Part shown: positions 1-12,000 of the stretch, piece after piece
How positions within the stretch are numbered: position 1 is the first letter of the stretch
Layout of the letters: every line of letters starts with the position of its first letter
Notes under the pieces: model-generated
What the model was told of the DNA's origin: nothing
Seen by the model: the letters and a program-made list of their open reading frames with translations, nothing else
Database searches by the model: none
Translations under genes and position numbers: made by a program
DNA from: Antedon mediterranea
Lineage: Eukaryota; Animalia; Echinodermata
NCBI RefSeq assembly: GCF_964355755.1
Contig: NC_092670.1
Location: forward strand, 27,764,388 to 27,828,387
Length of the DNA stretch: 64,000 bases
Direction: 5' to 3'

Positions 1-3000
1 AAAATCACAAAATGGTCTAAAACGTCTCCAAATGTGATTTGAAGCTATTCTAAACACTTTGGTGTTTTTATGTTAACAAGTTTTTTCGAAAATCACAAAT
101 TGGTCTAAAACGTCTCCAAATGCGATTTGAAGCTATTTTAAGCACTTTGGTGTTTTTGTGTAACCAAGTTTTTTCGAAAATCACAAAAGGGTCTAAAATG
201 TCTCAAAATGCGATTTGAAGCTATTCTGTACACTTTGATGTTTTTTTGTTAACAAGTTTTTTCGAAAGTCACAAAATGGTCTAAAAAGTCTCCAAATGCG
301 ATTTGAAGCTATTCTAAGCACTTTGGTGTTTTTATGTTAACAAGTTTTATCGAAAATCACAAAATGGTGTAAAACGTCTCCAAATGCGATTTGAAGCTAT
401 TCTAAGCACTTTGGTGTTTTTATGTTAACAAGTTTTTTCGAAAATCACAAAATGGTGTAAAACGTCTCCAAATGCGATTTTAAGCTATTCTAAGCAATTT
501 GGTGTTTTTATGTTAACAAGTTTTTTCGAAAATCACAAAATGGTCTAAAACGTCTCCAAATGCGATTTGAAGCTATTCTGTACACTTTGCTGTTTTGTGA
601 GAATAATTTTTGTCGAAATGCTCAAAATGGTCAAAAACGTTTTTAAATACGATATTAAGCTATTTTGTGCTCTTTGATGTTTTTGTGTGAAAAGTTTTAT
701 CGAAATGCTCAAAATGGTCTAAAACGGTTTCTAATGTGATTTTAAGCACTTTGATGTTTTTATGTTAACAACTTTTTTAGAAAATTACAAAATGGTGTAA
801 AACGTCTCCAAATGCGATTTGAAGCTATTCTAAGCAATTTCGTGTTTTTATGTTAACAAGTTTTTTCGAAAATCACAAAATGGTCTAAAACGTCTCCAAA
901 TGCGATTTGAAGCTATTCTAAGCACTTTTGTGTTTTTATGTTAACAAGTTTTTTCGAAAATCACAAAATGGTCTAAAATGTCTCCAAATGCGATTTTAAG
1001 GTATTCTAAGCACTTTGGTGTTTTTATGTTAACAAGTTTTTTCGAAAATCACAAAATGGTCTAAAACGTCTCCAAATGCGATTTGAAGCTATTTTAAGCA
1101 CTTTGGTGTTTTTGTGTAACCAAGTTTTTTCGAAAATCACAAAAGGGTCTAAAATGTCTCAAAATGCGATTTGAAGCTATTCTGTACACTTTGATGTTTT
1201 TTTGTTAACAAGTTTTTTCGAAAGTCACAAAATGGTCTAAAAAGTCTCCAAATGCGATTTGAAGCTATTCTAAGCACTTTGGTGTTTTTATGTTAACAAG
1301 TTTTATCGAAAATCACAAAATGGTGTAAAACGTCTCCAAATGCGATTTGAAGCTATTCTAAGCACTTTGGTGTTTTTATGTTAACAAGTTTTTTCGAAAA
1401 TCACAAAATGGTGTAAAACGTCTCCAAATGCGATTTTAAGCTATTCTAAGCAATTTGGTGTTTTTATGTTAACAAGTTTTTTCGAAAATCACAAAATGGT
1501 CTAAAACGTCTCCAAATGCGATTTGAAGCTATTCTGTACACTTTGCTGTTTTGTGAGAATAATTTTTGTCGAAATGCTCAAAATGGTCAAAAACGTTTTT
1601 AAATACGATATTAAGCTATTTTGTGCTCTTTGATGTTTTTGTGTGAAAAGTTTTATCGAAATGCTCAAAATGGTCTAAAACGGTTTCTAATGTGATTTTA
1701 AGCACTTTGATGTTTTTATGTTAACAACTTTTTTAGAAAATTACAAAATGGTGTAAAACGTCTCCAAATGCGATTTGAAGCTATTCTAAGCAATTTCGTG
1801 TTTTTATGTTAACAAGTTTTTTCGAAAATCACAAAATGGTCTAAAACGTCTCCAAATGCGATTTGAAGCTATTCTAAGCACTTTTGTGTTTTTATGTTAA
1901 CAAGTTTTTTCGAAAATCACAAAATGGTCTAAAATGTCTCCAAATGCGATTTTAAGGTATTCTAAGCACTTTGGTGTTTTTATGTTAACAAGTTTTTTCG
2001 AAAATCACAAAATGGTCTAAAACGTCTCCAAATGCGATTTGAAGCTATTCTAAGCACTTTGGTGTTTTTATGTTAACAAGTTTTTTCGAAAATCACAAAA
2101 TGGTGTAAAACTTCTCCAAATACGATTTTAAGCTATTCTAAGCAATTTGGTGTTTTTATGTTAACAACTTTTTTAGAAAATCACAAAATGGTATAAAACG
2201 TCTCCAAATACGATTTGAAGCAATTCTAAGCACTTTGGTGTTTTTATGTTAACAAGTTTTTTCGAAAATCACAAAATGGTCTAAAATGTCTCCAAATGCG
2301 ATTTTAAGGTATTCTAAGCACTTTGGTGTTTTTATGGTAACGAGTTATTTTGAAAATCACAAAATGGTCTAAAACGTCTCCAAATGCGATTTGAAGCTAT
2401 TCTGTACACTTTGCTGTTTTGTGTGAATAATTTTTGTCAAAATGCTCAAAATGGTCAAAAACGTTTTTAAATACTATATTAAGCTATTTTGTGCTCTTTG
2501 ATGTTTTTGTGTGAAAAGTTTTATCGAAATGCTCAAAATGGTCTAAAACGGTTTCTAATGTGATTTTAAGCACTTTGATGTTTTTATGTTAACAACTTTT
2601 TTAGAAAATTACAAAATGGTGTAAAACGTCTCCAAATGCGATTTGAAGCTATTCTAAGCAATTTGGTGTTTTTATGTTAACAAGTTTTTTCGAAAATCAC
2701 AAAATGGTCTAAAACGTCTCCAAATGCGATTTGAAGCTATTCTAAGCACTTTTGTGTTTTTATGTTAACAAGTTTTTTCGAAAATCACAAAATGGTCTAA
2801 AATGTCTCCAAATGCGATTTGAAGCTTTTCTAAGCACTTTTGTGTTTTTATGTTTACAAGTTTTTTCGAAAATCACAAAATGGTCTAAAACGTCTCCAAA
2901 TGCGATTTGAAGCTATTCTGTACACTTTGCTGTTTTGTGTGAATAATTTTTGTCAAAATGCTCAAAATGGTCAAAAACGTTTTTAAATACTATATTAAGC

Positions 3001-6000
3001 TATTTTGTGTTCTTTGATGTTTTTATGTGAAAAGTTTTATCGAAATGCTCAAAATGGTCTAAAACGGTTTCTAATGTGATTTTAAGAACTTTGATGTTTT
3101 TATGTTAAAAACTTTTTTAGAAAATCACAAAATGGTCTAAAACGTCTCCAAATGCGATTTGAAGCAATTCTAAGCACTTTGGTGTTTTTATGTTAACACG
3201 TTTTTTCGAAAATCACAAAATGGTCTAAAACGTCTCCAAATGCGATTTGAAGCTATTCTAAGCACTTTTGTGTTTTTATGTTAACAAGTTTTTTCGAAAA
3301 TCACAAAATGGTCTAAAATGTCTCCAAATGCGATTTTAAGGTATTCTAAGCACTTTGGTGTTTTTATGTTAACAAGTTTTTTTGAAAATCACAAAATGGT
3401 CTAAAACGTCTACAAATGCGATTTGAAGCTATTCTAAGCACTTTGGTGTTTTTATGTTAACAAGTTTTTTCGAAAATCACAAAATGGTATAAAACGTCTC
3501 CAAATGCGATTTGAAGATTTTCTAAGCACTTTGGTGTTTTTATGTTTACAAGTTTTTTCGAAAATCACAAAATGGTCTAAAACGTCTCCAAATGCGATTT
3601 GAAGCTATTCTGTACACTTTGCTGTTTTGTGTGAATAATTTTGTCAAAATGCTCAAAATGGTCAAAAACGTTTTTAAATACTATATTAAGCTATTTTGTG
3701 TTCTTTGATGTTTTTGTGTGAAAAGTTTTATCGAAATGCTCAAAATGGTCTAAAACGGTTTCTAATGAAATGATTTTAAGAACTTTGATGTTTTTATGTT
3801 AACAACTTTTTTAGAAAATCACAAAATGGTCTAAAACGTCTCCAAATGCGATTTGAAGCAATTCTAAGCACTTTGGTGTTTTTATGTTAACAAGTTTTTT
3901 CGAAAATCACAAAATGGTATAAAACCTCTCCAAATACGATTTTAAGGTATTCTAAGCACTTTGGTGTTTTTATGTTAACAAGTTTGTTCGAAAATCACAA
4001 AATGGTCTAAAACGTCTACAAATGCGATTTGAAGCTATTCTAAGCACTTTGGTGTTTTTATGTTAACAAGTTTTTTCGAAAATCACAAAATGGTATAAAA
4101 CGTCTCCAAATGAGATTTTAAGGTATTCTAAGCACTTTGGTGTTTTTATGTTAACAAGTTTTTTCGAAAATCACAAAATGGTCTAAAACGTCTACAAATG
4201 CGATTTGAAGCTATTCTAAGCACTTTGGTGTTTTTATGTTAACAAGTTTTTTCGAAAATCACAAATTGGTCTAAAACGTCTCCAAATGCGATTTGAAGCT
4301 ATTTTAAGCACTTTGGTGTTTTTGTGTAACCAAGTTTTTTCGAAAATCACAAAAGGGTCTAAAATGTCTATAAATGCGATTTGAAGCTATTCTGTACACT
4401 TTGATGTTTTTTTGTTAACAAGTTTTTTCGAAAGTCACAAAATGGTCTAAAACGTCTCCAAATGCGATTTGAAGCTATTCTAAGCACTTTGGTGTTTTTA
4501 TGTTAACAAGTTTTTTCGAAAATCACAAAATGGTGTAAAACGTCTCCAAATGCGATTTGAAGCTATTCTAAGCACTTTGGTGTTTTTATGTTAACAAGTT
4601 TTTTCGAAAATCACAAAATGGTGTAAAACTTCTCCAAATACGATTTTAAGCTATTCTAAGCAATTTGGTGTTTTTATGTTAACAAGTTTTTTCGAAAATC
4701 ACAAAATGGTCTAAAACGTCTCCAAATGCGATTTGAAGCTATTCTGTACACTTTGCTGTTTTGTGTGAATAATTTTTGTTGAAATGCTCAAAATGGTCAA
4801 AAACGTTTTTAAATACTATATTAAGCTATTTTGTGTTCTTTGATGTTTTTGTGTGAAAAGTTTTATCGAAATGCTCAAAATGGTCTAAAACGGTTTCTAA
4901 TGTGATTTTAAGCACTTTGGTGTTTTTATGTTAACAAGTTTTTTCGAAAATCACAAAATGGTCTAAAACGTCTCCAAATGTGATTTGAAGCTATTCTAAG
5001 CACTTTGGTGTTTTTATGTTAACAAGTTTTTTCGAAAATCACAAATTGGTCTAAAACGTCTCCAAATGCGATTTGAAGCTATTTTAAGCACTTTGGTGTT
5101 TTTGTGTAACCAAGTTTTTTCGAAAATCACAAAAGGGTCTAAAATGTCTCAAAATGCGATTTGAAGCTATTCTGTACACTTTGATGTTTTTTTGTTAACA
5201 AGTTTTTTCGAAAGTCACAAAATGGTCTAAAAAGTCTCCAAATGCGATTTGAAGCTATTCTAAGCACTTTGGTGTTTTTATGTTAACAAGTTTTATCGAA
5301 AATCACAAAATGGTGTAAAACGTCTCCAAATGCGATTTGAAGCTATTCTAAGCACTTTGGTGTTTTTATGTTAACAAGTTTTTTTCGAAAATCACAAAAT
5401 GGTGTAAAACGTCTCCAAATGCGATTTTAAGCTATTCTAAGCAATTTGGTGTTTTTATGTTAACAAGTTTTTTCGAAAATCACAAAATGGTCTAAAACGT
5501 CTCCAAATGCGATTTGAAGCTATTCTGTACACTTTGCTGTTTTGTGAGAATAATTTTTGTCGAAATGCTCAAAATGGTCAAAAACGTTTTTAAATACGAT
5601 ATTAAGCTATTTTGTGCTCTTTGATGTTTTTGTGTGAAAAGTTTTATCGAAATGCTCAAAATGGTCTAAAACGGTTTCTAATGTGATTTTAAGCACTTTG
5701 ATGTTTTTATGTTAACAACTTTTTTAGAAAATTACAAAATGGTGTAAAACGTCTCCAAATGCGATTTGAAGCTATTCTAAGCAATTTCGTGTTTTTATGT
5801 TAACAAGTTTTTTCGAAAATCACAAAATGGTCTAAAACGTCTCCAAATGCGATTTGAAGCTATTCTAAGCACTTTTGTGTTTTTATGTTAACAAGTTTTT
5901 TCGAAAATCACAAAATGGTCTAAAATGTCTCCAAATGCGATTTTAAGGTATTCTAAGCACTTTGGTGTTTTTATGTTAACAAGTTTTTTCGAAAATCACA

Positions 6001-9000
6001 AAATGGTCTAAAACGTCTACAAATGCGGTTTGAAGCTATTCTAAGCACTTTGGTGTTTTTATGTTAACAAGTTTTTTCGAAAATTACAAAATGGTATAAA
6101 ACGTCTCCAAATGCGATTTGAAGATTTTCTAAGCACTTTGGTGTTTTTATGTTTACAAGTTTTTTCGAAAATCACAAAATGGTCTAAAACGTCTCCAAAT
6201 GCGATTTGAAGCTATTCTGTACACTTTGCTGTTTTGTGTGAATAATTTTGTCAAAATGCTCAAAATGGTCAAAAACGTTTTTAAATACTATATTAAGCTA
6301 TTTTGTGTTCTTTGATGTTTTTGTGTGAAAAGTTTTATCGAAATGCTCAAAATGGTCTAAAACGGTTTCTAATGAAATGATTTTAAGAACTTTGATGTTT
6401 TTATGTTAACAACTTTTTTAGAAAATCACAAAATGGTCTAAAACGTCTCCAAATGCGATTTGAAGCAATTCTAAGCACTTTGGTGTTTTTATGTTAACAA
6501 GTTTTTTCGAAAATCACAAAATGGTATAAAACCTCTCCAAATGCGATTTTAAGGTATTCTAAGCACTTTGGTGTTTTTATGTTAACAAGTTTTTTCGAAA
6601 ATCACAAAATGGTCTAAAACGTCTACAAATGCGATTTGAAGCTATTCTAAGCACTTTGGTGTTTTTATGTTAACAAGTTTTTTCGAAAATCACAAAATGG
6701 TATAAAACGTCTCCAAATGAGATTTTAAGGTATTCTAAGCACTTTGGTGTTTTTATGTTAACAAGTTTTTTCGAAAATCACAAAATGGTCTAAAACGTCT
6801 ACAAATGCGATTTGAAGCTATTCTAAGCACTTTGGTGTTTTTATGTTAACAAGTTTTTTCGAAAATCACAAAATGGTATAAAACGTCTCCAAATGCGATT
6901 TTAAGCTATTCTAAGCAATTTGGTGTTTTTATGTTAACAAGTTTTTTCGAAAATCACAAAATGGTCGAAAATGTCACAAAATGCGATTTGAAGCTATTCT
7001 AAGCACTTTGGTGTTATTATGTTAACAAGTTTTTTCGAAAATCACAAATTGGTCTAAAACGTCTCCAAATGCGATTTGAAGCTATTTTAAGCACTTTGGT
7101 GTTTTTGTGTAACCAAGTTTTTTCGAAAATCACAAAATGGTGTAAAACGTCTCCAAATGCGATTTGAAGCTATTCTAAGCACTTTGCTGTTTTGTGTGAA
7201 TAATTTTTGTCGAAATGCTCAAAATGGTCAAAAACGTTTTTAAATACGATATTAAGCTATTTTGTGCTCTTTGATGTTTTTGTGTGAAAAGTTTTATCGA
7301 AATGCTCAAAATGGTCTAAAACGGTTTCTAATGTGATTTTAAGCACTTTGATGTTTTTATGTTAACAACTTTTTTAGAAAATCACAAAATGGTCTAAAAC
7401 GTCTCCAAATGCGATTTGAAGCAATTCTAAGCACTTTGGTGTTTTTATGGTAACGAGTTATTTCGAAAATCACAAAATGGTCTAAAACGTCTCCAAATGC
7501 GATTTGAAGCTATTCTGTACACTTTGCTGTTTTGTGTGAATAATTTTTGTCAAAATGCTCAAAATGGTCAAAAACGTTTTTTAATACTATATTAAGCTAT
7601 TTTGTGCTCTTTGATGTTTTTGTGTGAAAAGTTTTATCGAAATGCTCAAAATGGTCTAAAACGGTTTCTAATGTGATTTTAAGCACTTTGATGTTTTTAT
7701 GTTAACAACTTTTTTAGAAAATTACAAAATGGTGTAAAACGTCTCCAAATGCGATTTGAAGCTATTCTAAGCACTTTGGTGTTTTTATGGTAACGAGTTT
7801 TTTTGAATATCACAAAATGGTCTAAAATGTCTCCAAATGCGATTTGAAGCTTTTCTAAGCACTTTGGTGTTTTTATGTTAACAAGTTTTTTCGTAAATCA
7901 CAAAATGGTCTAAAACGTCTCCAAATGTGATTTGAAGCTATTCTAAACACTTTGGTGTTTTTATGTTAACAAGTTTTTTCGAAAATCACAAATTGGTCTA
8001 AAACGTCTCCAAATGCGATTTGAAGCTAGTTTAAGCACTTTTGTGTTTTTGTGTAACCAAGTTTTTTCGAAAATCACAAAAGGGTCTAAAATGTCTCAAA
8101 ATGCGATTTGAAGCTATTCTGTACACTTTGATGTTTTTTTTGTTAACAAGTTTTTTCGAAAGTCACAAAATGGTCTAAAACGTCTCCAAATGCGATTTGA
8201 AGCTATTCTAAGCACTTTGGTGTTTTTATGTTAACAAGTTTTTTCGAAAATCACAAAATGGTGTAAAACGTCTCCAAATGCGATTTGAAGCTATTCTAAG
8301 CAATTTGGTGTTTTTATGTTAACAAGTTTTTTCGAAAATCACAAAATGGTGTAAAACGTCTCTAAATGCGATTTTAAGCTATTCTAAGCAATTTGGTGTT
8401 TTTTTATGTTAACAAGTTTTTTCGAAAATCACAAAATGGTCTAAAACGTCTCCAAATGCGATTTGAAGCTATTCTGTACACTTTGCTGTTTTGTGAGAAT
8501 AATTTTTGTCGAAATGCTCAAAATGGTCAAAAACGTTTTTAAATACGATATTAAGCTATTTTGTGCTCTTTGATGTTTTTGTGTGAAAAGTTTTATCGAA
8601 ATGCTCAAAATGGTCTAAAACGGTTTCTAATGTGATTTTAAGCACTTTGGTGTTTTTATGTTAACAAGTTTTTTCGAAAATCACAAAATGGTCTAAAACG
8701 TCTCCAAATGTGATTTGAAGCTATTCAAAACACTTTGGTGTTTTTATGTTAACAAGTTTTTTCGAAAATCACAAATTGGTCTAAAACGTCTCCAAATGCG
8801 ATTTGAAGCTATTTTAAGCACTTTGGTTTTTTTGTGTAACCAAGTTTTTTCGAAAATCACAAAAGGGTCTAAAATGTCTCAAAATGCGATTTGAAGCTAT
8901 TCTGTACACTTTGATGTTTTTTTGTTAACAAGTTTTTTCGAAAGTCACAAAATGGTCTAAAACGTCTCCAAATGCGATTTGAAGCTATTCTAAGCACTTT

Positions 9001-12000
9001 GCTGTTTTGTGTGAATAATTTTTGTCGAAATGCTCAAAATGGTCAAAAACGTTTTTAAATACGATATTAAGCTATTTTGTGCTCTTTGATGTTTTTGTGT
9101 GAAAAGTTTTATCGAAATGCTCAAAATGGTCTAAAACGGTTTCTAATGTGATTTTAAGCACTTTGATGTTTTTATGTTAACAACTTTTTTAGAAAATCAC
9201 AAAATGGTCTAAAACGTCTCCAAATGCGATTTGAAGCAATTCTAAGCACTTTGGTGTTTTTATGGTAACGAGTTTTTTTGAATATCACAAAATGGTCTAA
9301 AATGTCTCCAAATGCGATTTGAAGCTTTTCTAAGCACTTTGGTGTTTTTATGTTAACAAGTTTTTTCGAAAATCACAAAATGGTCTAAAACGTCTCCAAA
9401 TGCGATTTGAAGCTATTCTGTACACTTTGCTGTTTTGTGTGAATAATTTTTGTCGAAATGCTCAAAATGGTCAAAAACGTTTTTAAATACGATATTAAGC
9501 TATTTTGTGCTCTTTTATGTTTTTGTGTGAAAAGTTTTATCGAAATGCTCAAAATGGTCTAAAACGGTTTCTAATGTGATTTTAAGCACTTTGATGTTTT
9601 TATGTTAACAACTTTTTTAGAAAATCACAAAATGGTCTAAAACGTCTCCAAATGCGATTTGAAGCAATTCTAAGCACTTTGGTGTTTTTATGGTAACGAG
9701 TTTTTTTGAATATCACAAAATGGTCTAAAATGTCTCCAAATGCGATTTGAAGCTTTTCTAAGCACTTTGGTGTTTTTATGGTAACGAGTTATTTCGAAAA
9801 TCACAAAATGGTCTAAAACGTCTCCAAATGCGATTTGAAGCTATTCTGTACACTTTGCTGTTTTGTGTGAATAATTTTTGTCAAAATGCTCAAAATGGTC
9901 AAAAACGTTTTTAAATACTATATTAAGCTATTTTGTGCTCTTTGATGTTTTTGTGTGAAAAGTTTTATCGAAATGCTCAAAATGGTCTAAAACGGTTTCT
10001 AATGTGATTTTAAGCACTTTGATGTTTTTATGTTAACAACTTTTTTAGAAAATTACAAAATGGTGTAAAACGTCTCCAAATGCGATTTGAAGCTATTCTA
10101 AGCAATTTGGTGTTTTTATGTTAACAAGTTTTTTCGAAAATCACAAAATGGTCTAAAACGTCTCCAAATGCGATTTGAAGCTATTCTAAGCACTTTTGTG
10201 TTTTTATGTTAACAAGTTTTTTCGAAAATCACAAAATGGTCTAAAATGTCTCCAAATGCGATTTGAAGCTTTTCTAAGCACTTTTGTGTTTTTATGTTTA
10301 CAAGTTTTTTCGAAAATCACAAAATGGTCTAAAACGTCTCCAAATGCGATTTGAAGCTATTCTGTACACTTTGCTGTTTTGTGTGAATAATTTTTGTCAA
10401 ACTGCTCAAAATGGTCAAAAACGTTTTTAAATACTATATTAAGCTATTTTGTGTTCTTTGATGTTTTTATGTGAAAAGTTTTATCGAAATGCTCAAAATG
10501 GTCTAAAACGGTTTCTAATGTGATTTTAAGAACTTTGATGTTTTTATGTTAAAAACTTTTTTAGAAAATCACAAAATGGTCTAAAACGTCTCCAAATGCG
10601 ATTTGAAGCAATTCTAAGCACTTTGGTGTTTTTATGTTAACACGTTTTTTCGAAAATCACAAAATGGTCTACAACGTCTCCAAATGCGATTTGAAGATAT
10701 TCTAAGCACTTTGGTGTTTTTATGTTAACAAGTTTTTTCGAAAATCACAAAGTGGTATAAAACGTCTCCAAATGCGATTTTAAGGTATTCTAAGCACTTT
10801 GGTGTTTTTATGTTAACAAGTTTTTTCGAAAATCACAAAATGGTCTAAAACGTCTCCAAATGTGATTTGAAGCTATTCTAAACACTTTGGTGTTTTTATG
10901 TTAACAAGTTTTTTCGAAAATCACAAATTGGTCTAAAACGTCTCCAAATGCGATTTGAAGCTATTTTAAGCACTTTGGTGTTTTTGTGTAACCAAGTTTT
11001 TTCGAAAATCACAAAAGGGTCTAAAATGTCTCAAAATGCGATTTGAAGCTATTCTGTACACTTTGAAGTTTTTATGTTAACAACTTTTTTAGAAAATCAC
11101 AAAATGGTCTAAAACGTCTCCAAATGCGATTTGAAGCAATTCTAAGCACTTTGGTGTTTTTATGGTAACGAGTTTTTTTGAATATCACAAAATGGTCTAA
11201 AATGTCTCCAAATGCGATTTGAAGCTTTTCTAAGCACTTTGGTGTTTTTATGTTAACAAGTTTTTTCGAAAATCACAAAATGGTCTAAAACGTCTCCAAA
11301 TGCGATTTGAAGCTATTCTGTACACTTTGCTGTTTTGTGTGAATAATTTTTGTCGAAATGCTCAAAATGGTCAAAAACGTTTTTAAATACGATATTAAGC
11401 TATTTTGTGCTCTTTGATGTTTTTGTGTGAAAAGTTTTATCGAAATGCTCAAAATGGTCTAAAACGGTTTCTAATGTGATTTTAAGCACTTTGATGTTTT
11501 TATGTTAACAACTTTTTTAGAAAATCACAAAATGGTCTAAAACGTCTCCAAATGCGATTTGAAGCAATTCTAAGCACTTTGGTGTTTTTATGGTAACGAG
11601 TTTTTTTGAATATCACAAAATGGTCTAAAACGTCTCCAAATGCGATTTGAAGCTTTTCTAAGCACTTTGGTGTTTTTATGTTTACAAGTTTTTTCGAAAA
11701 TCACAAAATGGTCTAAAACGGCTCCAAATACGATTTGAAGCTATTCTAAGCACTTTGGTGTTTTTATGTTAACAAGTTTTTTCGAAAATCACAAAATGGT
11801 CTAAAACGTCTCCAAATGCGATTTGAAGCTATTCTAAGCACTTTGGTGTTTTTATGTTAACAAGTTTTTTCGAAAATCACAAAATGGTGTAAAACGTCTC
11901 CAAATGCGATTTGAAGCTATTCTAAGCAATTTTGTGTTTTTATGTTAACAAGTTTTTTCGAAAATCACAAAATGGTCTAAAACGTCTCCAAATGCGATTT

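Noticed and set aside
80-105. TTCG at the monomer junction as a possible CENP-B box
   Set aside because: It lacks the downstream A..CGGG positions of the canonical box.
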